From a virus: a stretch of DNA of 64,000 nucleotides. Under the pieces are notes generated by a model, which saw only the letters and a program-made list of their open reading frames with translations, was not told where the DNA came from and did not search any database. The stretch is taken from the UHGV virus genome UHGV-1358930; one strand, given 5' to 3'. The position numbers were made by a program, and so were the translations under genes. Positions 57,313-64,000 of this stretch are shown one piece after another; the first letter of the stretch is position 1, and every line of letters begins with the position of its first letter.

Positions 57313-57506
57313 GAACAAAAAATTCTGAATTTTTGACTTGTGATATATGCGGTAAGCAATTCTTGAAAGTATATAACAGCATCTATGAAACTACGTTTCA
57401 AGGCAGGAAATGTCATTTTTGTAGTTATACATGTTTCAGAGAAGCTCAAAAGGTACAAGAATCTATAAAAAGTAATCATAGATTGGCCAATCGTAAATTT
57501 GCATAA
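57309..57506 (+). CDS. Minimal TRASH/FCS-type zinc-ribbon protein (fifth family member)
   Basis: CDICGKQFLKVYNSIYETTFQGRKCHFCSYTC. ATGA overlap with the upstream gene. Confidence 0.5.
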   Translation: MRTKNSEFLTCDICGKQFLKVYNSIYETTFQGRKCHFCSYTCFREAQKVQESIKSNHRLANRKFA

Positions 57507-57578
57507 TACAAAATTATTCTAAGCACATCTATGGAAATATTAGATGAATCTAAGTAACATTAGAAGAGAGGTTGTATA

Positions 57579-60566
57579 ATGAAGCGAATCATAAAAAATT
57601 CTGTAATGAGCACAAAGAGCACTAATCCTCAAAGTGAATATGAGTATCGTAAAAATATTTATTTAAAGAGAAAGCATGAATTTGAAACTCTAGGTGAAGA
57701 TGACAACAACGATGTACTTTCCAGAGAAGAGAAGATGCGCATTGCAAAGGCTGAGATGAATAAGGTAGCACCAGAATCTGTTGACTCGGCTAACAAGCAT
57801 GCTATCCATAGTTCTTCATATACTCCGGATATGCTGGATGAGTTGATTAACTATTATTCTTCGCAAGATACAATGAGCTATGAGGACATTTGGGATGAAA
57901 TTGTTAATCAATATCACAATGAAGCTCTCGCAGATGATGTGCTAGATGGCCTTGATGAGTTAAAAGCAGAAGATGACATATATTCTGCTGATGATATAGG
58001 TGATATGTATGACGATAATGTAGATGACATTGAACGCGAATTTCAACGTATTGACAGATCAGGTACTGACGAAGACGTTGAAATTGCAGCTATAATGTAC
58101 AACTTAGGGATTACGATGAAAGAGGCTCGTGAAATATTACCTACATTGAGCAAAGATAAAATCAAAGATTATGTAGATTACTATTATCTTAGAGATTTAC
58201 CTACATCTGAGCGTGTGAAGATTTGGAATAAGCGCAAGATAACTTCTGCTACAGCTTCCGAATACGCACAGATGATTGACGATCTAGATTATTTCTATGA
58301 AGTATACCCAGAAGAAATGGAACCTATACTTATTCGAAATGGGGCTACTCCTGACAAAGATAATTGGCTGGATGGCTGCAATATTCCTCAAGCTTATGAT
58401 GAAGCTGTAGCATACTTTGAATCTAATTATGATAATGACGACGAATATTCTGAACTAGACACCGGTGTAGGCAGTCGATTAGGCTGGTCAAACTATATTC
58501 AATCTGGAATCTATGAAGAAACAGAAGATCCTAAATGGATATGTCTCGATATCAAGCATGTAAGAGATAGCGACGGGATGCTTACAGACTATGCGCTTTA
58601 TACTACTGAAGACGAAGATAAGTATATTTGCATGTTTGGTGATGTTGATGCATATCCGCCAGATGAAATGTATGCGGATGCTGAATTTGACTCAGAAGAG
58701 GAAGCTCTCGAGTGGTTTGAAGATTACACCGGACCTGGAGATGAAGACGACGACGAAGACGAAGACTACGATGTATATCACGATGTTATTGATGCTGCAG
58801 AAGAACTGGATGAAGACGAAGATGATCTAGACCATCCTGATCAAGAATTTGATTCAGCAGATACTTCAATCAACTCTACCAAGCTTCCTGCCATCTATAA
58901 GATGATAACTATTCCTGAAGGGTCTGTGGGAATTGATTTTGGTGGCGGAAAATGGGACAATGCAATCGAGCATATAAGAGATTTAGGAGCTACTCTGTGT
59001 GTATATGATCCGTACAACCGATCAAAGGCTTATAATAAAGAGACGCTGAAAACGTTACGAGCCAACGGAGGAGCTGACTGGGCAGTAACTTCTAATGTTT
59101 TGAATGTTATCAAAGAGCCGAGTGCAAGAAAAGCAGTTCTTGAGAATATCTCAAAGATAACAAAGCCAGGCGCACCTATCTACATCACTGTCTATGAAGG
59201 CAGAGGAGATTCAAAAGCTGGTCAAACTAAGTCAGGCTATCAGCTGAACAGAAAAACCAAAGACTACATGGAAGAAATTCAAGAAGTATTCCCAGATGCA
59301 ACTCGAAAGGGTAAGTTAATCATTGCTCATAATATCAGATCGGCATCTTCTAGTACGGTAGTTACTGCAGCTTCGTCCAGTAAACTAGACAAGTACATGA
59401 ATGTAACTAAAGACCGCAAGAAGTATGCAGTGCACTATACAGAAGTAAACACAGAGCAAGACGCATGGACAATCTATTCTGATTTTCGTGCTCAGGTATC
59501 TAAAATTTCTCCGTATGATGATGCGGATTACGCTTGGGCAGATATCCGAAATGGTCATATCGATGTGATACGGAACGGTAAAGTTGTGAAGCGTTCCTAC
59601 TATTTCAATGCCGATGACATGGACGTGGAAAATACCGAATGGTGTGATATCATAATTGATGAAGCGATTGATTTAATTGCAAAAATAAATAAAGATATTG
59701 AACCTCGGATGGTTTACAACTCTACATCAGTTGCAGCTAGAAACAAATCAAGTATCACGTCATCAGCCGATAAAAAAATTCGACCTATCGATGAACTAGA
59801 TGATGTAACAGATCAACTCAGAGATGACCTAACTCAGAAGCTTGTTGACGTGATGTCAAGTCCGAATTTTGGGTTCAGTAGAAATGAAGCTATTGATTAT
59901 TCAAGAGTAGATATTAGATTTGACGACGATGAAAACAGAATTGAAGTTGAAGTTGGCGCAGAGGTTGACTACGACGGTCTAATGCAGATTGCTCAAGATC
60001 TTGATCCTATCATTCAATCATATGATAAAGCTGCCTATTTCGATGCAGAAGATGCTGGATTGCTTATCGCATTCATTCCATACGAATCATTGAGAAAGCA
60101 CATGAAAGTTAATTCAGCTTCTGACCTTCCTGAACCTTCATTAGATCCTCCTGAATATGATGATCCGGAGGAAGTCGATGAAGATGTAACAGTCGAATTC
60201 GATATGGACAGAGTACGAATTGATGTAGATAAGTCTGGATCCTGGGAATATGTTGACGATTCATTCTTAAATGATGTAATGACCAATGATGCGCTTTATT
60301 CTGAAGAATATGATGTAAAGGTGAGAGACCGAAACGGTTTACTCGAGGATCTAGATGATATTCTTAAATATGATATTCCTGTAGAAGCGGGTGAATATCG
60401 TATCAGCTGTCATATCACGTTAGTGTATCACATAACTGGAATTGAGAAGTATGATGAGTATCCAGATGATAACTACGGTGATTCTTCAGAATATTCAACA
60501 GAAAATGCAGATGTCAAGTTCGATCTCCATGATAGCTATGTAGAAGATTTTAGAATTGTTGACTAA
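57579..60566 (+). CDS. Large acidic protein (995 aa) with an embedded class-I SAM-dependent methyltransferase-like Rossmann domain
   Basis: Motif I-like VGIDFGGGKWDNAIEHIRDLGATLCVYDPY, then DWAVTSNVLNVIKEP. Long poly-acidic tracts. RBS AGAGAGGTTG. Confidence 0.55.
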   Translation: MKRIIKNSVMSTKSTNPQSEYEYRKNIYLKRKHEFETLGEDDNNDVLSREEKMRIAKAEMNKVAPESVDSANKHAIHSSSYTPDMLDELINYYSSQDTMSYEDIWDEIVNQYHNEALADDVLDGLDELKAEDDIYSADDIGDMYDDNVDDIEREFQRIDRSGTDEDVEIAAIMYNLGITMKEAREILPTLSKDKIKDYVDYYYLRDLPTSERVKIWNKRKITSATASEYAQMIDDLDYFYEVYPEEMEPILIRNGATPDKDNWLDGCNIPQAYDEAVAYFESNYDNDDEYSELDTGVGSRLGWSNYIQSGIYEETEDPKWICLDIKHVRDSDGMLTDYALYTTEDEDKYICMFGDVDAYPPDEMYADAEFDSEEEALEWFEDYTGPGDEDDDEDEDYDVYHDVIDAAEELDEDEDDLDHPDQEFDSADTSINSTKLPAIYKMITIPEGSVGIDFGGGKWDNAIEHIRDLGATLCVYDPYNRSKAYNKETLKTLRANGGADWAVTSNVLNVIKEPSARKAVLENISKITKPGAPIYITVYEGRGDSKAGQTKSGYQLNRKTKDYMEEIQEVFPDATRKGKLIIAHNIRSASSSTVVTAASSSKLDKYMNVTKDRKKYAVHYTEVNTEQDAWTIYSDFRAQVSKISPYDDADYAWADIRNGHIDVIRNGKVVKRSYYFNADDMDVENTEWCDIIIDEAIDLIAKINKDIEPRMVYNSTSVAARNKSSITSSADKKIRPIDELDDVTDQLRDDLTQKLVDVMSSPNFGFSRNEAIDYSRVDIRFDDDENRIEVEVGAEVDYDGLMQIAQDLDPIIQSYDKAAYFDAEDAGLLIAFIPYESLRKHMKVNSASDLPEPSLDPPEYDDPEEVDEDVTVEFDMDRVRIDVDKSGSWEYVDDSFLNDVMTNDALYSEEYDVKVRDRNGLLEDLDDILKYDIPVEAGEYRISCHITLVYHITGIEKYDEYPDDNYGDSSEYSTENADVKFDLHDSYVEDFRIVD

Positions 60567-60601
60567 CATAGCTCTTGCATTCTAACAAATTGATCGTTAT
60601 A

Positions 60602-60636
60602 TAAGACGTAGGAATTCATCCTGCGTCTTATTTTTA
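60602..60636 (+). terminator. Rho-independent terminator
   Basis: Stem TAAGACGTAGG / CCTGCGTCTTA, 6-nt loop, T5. Confidence 0.75.
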
Positions 60637-60653
60637 TTGTTCAACAATCATTA

Positions 60654-60707
60654 AATATTAACGAATTATTAACGACCGTTGAAATTATCATCAAAATCGC
60701 TTATAAT
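60654..60707 (+). promoter_or_regulatory. Second copy of the direct-repeat promoter module (AATATTAACGA ATTATTAACGA, -35 TTGAAA, 17-nt spacer, -10 TATAAT)
   Basis: -35 at 60679-60684, -10 at 60702-60707. Same architecture as 6312-6365. Confidence 0.7.
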
Positions 60708-60745
60708 ATAAGCATAAACAAATACATGTTTCGGAGGTCATCAAT

Positions 60746-61102
60746 ATGAAAAGATTCAGCTCTGTATTGTCCGCGATTTTTACTATTCTGTCTGCACTGT
60801 GCTTTGTATTCTGCTTTTCTATAGATACCGAGCAAGATTCATGGTTCATGTATATGGGACTTGCGTTTTTAGGATTTATTATTTCTATCGCGTTATCTGC
60901 ATTCGCAGGAAACTTATATAAGTTGGTTGGAAGCGTTGTTGCATTTGTTTCTGTTATTGCCGCATCAATTGAAATGAAACGCCACCCGAACAGCCGCCGC
61001 ACCAAGGCGTTGATCAGCACATATACTAATCGTAGAAATCAATTCAATTATAGCAAACTTTATCACAATGCAAAGCAAGTTTATTTGAAAGGAAATAGAT
61101 GA
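60746..61102 (+). CDS. Small membrane protein (three predicted TM helices)
   Basis: RBS CGGAGGTCA. Hydrophobic N-terminal two-thirds, basic tail. Confidence 0.55.
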   Translation: MKRFSSVLSAIFTILSALCFVFCFSIDTEQDSWFMYMGLAFLGFIISIALSAFAGNLYKLVGSVVAFVSVIAASIEMKRHPNSRRTKALISTYTNRRNQFNYSKLYHNAKQVYLKGNR

Positions 61103-62721
61103 TGGCTATATCTCTTACATCTCAGCAGCAGACAGCAGTAAATAGCACCAGTTCTAAGATACTGTGCTTAGCAGGAGCAGGTAGCGGTAAAAGCCGTGTT
61201 CTTGTAGAACGTGCTCATAGACTTGCATCAGAGAGCAATCCTGAGTCCATACTATGTTTGACGTTTACTAACGCAGCAGCAGCTGAAATGAGATCAAGGT
61301 ATAAAGCATGGTATTCAGACGATATCTTACCCATATTCAAAACATTTCATGGATACTGTTATGATCTAATATGCAAAGATGCTAGAATTCGACAAGTGTT
61401 AGGGTATTCTAGTATTCCGACCATTCCGAGCGATCATGTTTTATCTACAATCAAAATAAGCAATTTACTTAAGTTAAGTATATCTGTATCTGAGCAGACA
61501 TTGAAGAAAAAAGCTAGAACTGACATCAAATCTAAATACAAATATGACATATTTTTGAAATCTGTTTATAAGGAATTGATTTCTAAAAACTATATCACAT
61601 TTGATATGATGACAGATATGGTAAGTGAGCTGTTTGAGAAGTCCGATGCATCTGTATCCATATACAAGAAACGTGTGTCTAATATACTGATTGACGAGTT
61701 TCAAGACACTTCACCAGACCAATGGAAGTTCGCTAGCAGCTTTTCAGACGCTGATATATTTGTCGTTGCTGATGAAAGACAAGCTATCTATGCGTTCCGA
61801 GGTGCGGATAGCTCAATCACAAAATCTTTGTTTAAAGACGATGCATTTGAAAAAATATTGTTGGATCATAATTTCAGGTCCACACAACAAATCTGTGACT
61901 ACGCCAACCAAATAATTAAGTCGTCCGGAGAGCCGCTTCACATTGCGCTGAAATCTTCTGTTTCTGGCCCATCTGTGAAAGAAATTCGATCAGATAGCGC
62001 ACCCTTTGTATATCCGTTAGGTAGCAACAATACAGCTAGATTTTTATCTGAATACAGTAAACTCAAAGGTTCAACAGCTTTATTATTCAGAACAAACAAA
62101 GAGGTATCAGAAGCTGTCAGCATGTTATCGGATAATAATATAAAGTATGATGCATACAGAGTAAACTCAAATGATGTAAAGAATTATCTTAGATCTATAA
62201 TAGATGATGAGTTTGCGGTTTCATGGCTATCTGATACGCTGCCGAATATAGCTCAAAGCGAATTCATTCGTCTATCTAATATAGTGCCTCCAGAGGACTC
62301 TAGATACGCTTTGTTTAGATCTAACTTCGCCACGAATGATCCAGTACGTCACCACTGCCAAGTTATTGACAAGTTGCGACTAATATATAACAGTGATACG
62401 TCTACTTCTACTAAAATGGCAGATATATGTGCAGTGTTGAACATCAAAAACATCTCAGAGTTTGACGAAAACATAGACAAAAATATTGAATGTTTGATTG
62501 ATAGTGTTGAAAATCATGATTCCAATATCGGCAATGATTCACAATCGTTATATGTAGGTACAATACATAGTGCTAAGGGACTTGAATGGGACAATGTATT
62601 CTTATGGAATGTCAATTGTTATTCCTTCAAACTTAAATCCGAAGAGGACTGGAACTTGTACTATGTAGGTGCTACAAGAGCAAAACAAAATTTATTTGTA
62701 TTCAAAGGAGAGAACATGTGA
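61099..62721 (+). CDS. UvrD/Rep/PcrA-family (superfamily 1) DNA helicase, short form
   Basis: Walker A AGAGSGKSRVL. Motif IDEFQDTSPDQW. Motif VI VGATRAKQNLFVF. Confidence 0.7.
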   Translation: MMAISLTSQQQTAVNSTSSKILCLAGAGSGKSRVLVERAHRLASESNPESILCLTFTNAAAAEMRSRYKAWYSDDILPIFKTFHGYCYDLICKDARIRQVLGYSSIPTIPSDHVLSTIKISNLLKLSISVSEQTLKKKARTDIKSKYKYDIFLKSVYKELISKNYITFDMMTDMVSELFEKSDASVSIYKKRVSNILIDEFQDTSPDQWKFASSFSDADIFVVADERQAIYAFRGADSSITKSLFKDDAFEKILLDHNFRSTQQICDYANQIIKSSGEPLHIALKSSVSGPSVKEIRSDSAPFVYPLGSNNTARFLSEYSKLKGSTALLFRTNKEVSEAVSMLSDNNIKYDAYRVNSNDVKNYLRSIIDDEFAVSWLSDTLPNIAQSEFIRLSNIVPPEDSRYALFRSNFATNDPVRHHCQVIDKLRLIYNSDTSTSTKMADICAVLNIKNISEFDENIDKNIECLIDSVENHDSNIGNDSQSLYVGTIHSAKGLEWDNVFLWNVNCYSFKLKSEEDWNLYYVGATRAKQNLFVFKGENM

Positions 62722-63104
62722 CGATTTGTAGTAATTTATCTGAGAACAGCAGAAACACTTGTAATCTGCTACGATGTATATCAAGTAGACTATCTAGTCG
62801 AGCTGACTGTAAAGGCATAGAATACGAAGTAACAATATTCGATGATATGTCATTGAACGTGGTTCCGAATGTCTTGATATTTCCCAATACGCATAGACGC
62901 AGACCTTGCGATACGATAAGCATCACGCAGTATGCAATTCTCCACTGCTTATCTCCCGTCTCTATCTGCATTTATCCAGATAAAGTAGTATTGAGCAAGC
63001 ACTGTCTTGTTCCGGGTAAGTACGTATTCAAGCTGTCCGCAGATAAACTAAAACGAAAGTGGATCAACATGACGGAGGTAACATATGAAGTTAAAATCGG
63101 TTGA
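62718..63104 (+). CDS. Hypothetical Cys-rich protein (GTG start)
   Basis: GTGA coupling to the helicase stop. 128 aa. Confidence 0.35.
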   Translation: MTICSNLSENSRNTCNLLRCISSRLSSRADCKGIEYEVTIFDDMSLNVVPNVLIFPNTHRRRPCDTISITQYAILHCLSPVSICIYPDKVVLSKHCLVPGKYVFKLSADKLKRKWINMTEVTYEVKIG

Positions 63105-64000
63105 TATTTGGAATATGCACAGCATCAAAAATAAGCATGTTGAGCTGGCAGACAAAAACATCTTAGTCGGTAAAAACGGATCAGGAAAGTCTACTGTATT
63201 GAATGCTATTCAGCTAGCGCTGCTTGGCTACATTCCAGGTACAAACAAACAGAACAGGGATATATTCAACCATGCATGTGCAAGCCCGATGAAGGTTATG
63301 GTTACATTTGATAATGGATACTATATCTGCAGAACGTATACTAAGCAGAAGAACACAGTGAAATGTGATGTAGATACGTTTCCTACAGAGCTTGACATAA
63401 AAGCTATAGTATCCGGTCTTGAGCTTCCGATATTTAACTTCAACGAATTTGTGGCATTAAGTCCGAATATGCTGAAAGATAGATTGATGGAGCTGATCCC
63501 GAGACAAAACTTTGATTTAAGCATAAAAGATGCGATAGCTGACGAATTGGATAAGTTATCTGAAGAGACAAAACACTTGATGACAACAGAACTTGCATCA
63601 ATTGAAACTGACACTGATATCTTATCAGAAATCAAAAAATTACATAAATACACAAAAGACATTGTTTCATTTAAACAGTCTGAAGTCACACGTCTTACGA
63701 ATTCAATTGAATCATCTGTTCAGTATACAGATGTAGACAGCTCATACAACTTAAAGGATGTACAGGCAAAGATCGACTACTATAAGAAGCTCAGAGCAGA
63801 TTCAGCTGAAGTATATAGATGTAATGAAACTATTCAGGCCATTGAATCTCAGCTTGCTGATTTTTCGTTGACAGCGCCGAAAGAAGATAAGTTTCACGAT
63901 GACAGATACAATGAATGGTCGTTTGAACTCACTTGCTATTCGAACAAACGAGATGTGTTGAAAAACGATTTATCTCGTGAAACTGAAAAGATTGCGGAAC
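63085..64000 (+). CDS. SbcC/Rad50-like (gp46-type) recombination ATPase, N-terminal part; continues past the window end
   Basis: RBS GGAGG 7 nt upstream. Walker A GKNGSGKSTVLNAIQLAL then coiled-coil-type sequence. No stop in the window, so absent from the ORF track. Confidence 0.6.
   Translation, partial: MKLKSVDIWNMHSIKNKHVELADKNILVGKNGSGKSTVLNAIQLALLGYIPGTNKQNRDIFNHACASPMKVMVTFDNGYYICRTYTKQKNTVKCDVDTFPTELDIKAIVSGLELPIFNFNEFVALSPNMLKDRLMELIPRQNFDLSIKDAIADELDKLSEETKHLMTTELASIETDTDILSEIKKLHKYTKDIVSFKQSEVTRLTNSIESSVQYTDVDSSYNLKDVQAKIDYYKKLRADSAEVYRCNETIQAIESQLADFSLTAPKEDKFHDDRYNEWSFELTCYSNKRDVLKNDLSRETEKIAE

Noticed and set aside
1-64000. CRISPR arrays, tRNA or rRNA genes
   Set aside because: No array of regularly spaced identical repeats and no cloverleaf-like conserved tRNA segments were seen in any intergenic region. 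All short repeats found are 2-3 copy tandem duplications.

Overview
This window reads as one contiguous piece of a large, low-GC (about 36-38%) virulent-type phage genome. It is likely a contractile-tailed Firmicutes/Clostridia phage. One tail fibre carries dockerin repeats, suggesting a cellulosome-producing host. Nearly all genes are on the + strand, many with GGAGG-type RBS and frequent TTG/GTG starts. No rRNA, tRNA or CRISPR array was found by eye.

Layout, left to right:
- 1-1650, minus strand: an IS607-family insertion (tnpA serine recombinase plus a tnpB RuvC-like nuclease cut off by the window edge).
- About 1.7-10.9 kb: an early region of small ORFs. It includes an HNH endonuclease, a DUF932-like protein and a tandem Lar-type restriction-alleviation protein. 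A strong sigma70-like promoter at 6312-6365 is preceded by two tandem 11-bp repeats.
- 9.9-31.4 kb: tail and baseplate module. A two-frame ORF pair overlaps at a T6 tract. Then comes a 1197-aa tape-measure-like protein and large virion proteins. There are three tail-associated peptidoglycan hydrolases (M23 peptidase, Amidase_2, dual-CHAP protein) with a free-standing mini-intein (Hint) ORF between them. gp25/W-like, baseplate J-like and gpI-like proteins and a dockerin-bearing fibre follow.
- 31.4-34.7 kb: T4-like head module (small acidic core protein, prohead protease/scaffold fusion, gp23-like major capsid protein).
- 34.9-36.7 kb: a multi-domain homing-endonuclease-like gene.
- 36.8-39.8 kb: a four-member paralogous family of small proteins with a TRASH/FCS-type CxxC...FCSxxC zinc ribbon. 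One member is fused to an RNA polymerase alpha-CTD-like helix-hairpin-helix.
- 40-46.3 kb: further virion proteins and an endolysin (Amidase_2 plus three SH3-like repeats).
- 47.0-49.7 kb: an SNF2-family helicase whose P-loop is interrupted by a 292-aa HNH-containing intein.
- 53.6-63 kb and onward: a Hjc-like resolvase, a holin, an HD hydrolase, a phage sigma factor, an acidic zinc-ribbon protein and a 995-aa acidic protein with an embedded SAM-methyltransferase fold. A second copy of the 11-bp-repeat promoter sits at 60654-60707. The window ends with a membrane protein, a UvrD-like helicase and the start of an SbcC/Rad50-like ATPase.

The main candidates for novelty are the TRASH-ribbon/alpha-CTD family, the free-standing Hint ORF, the intein inside the helicase Walker A motif, the twin direct-repeat promoters, and the recurring ATCGTTAAT promoter-like motif.
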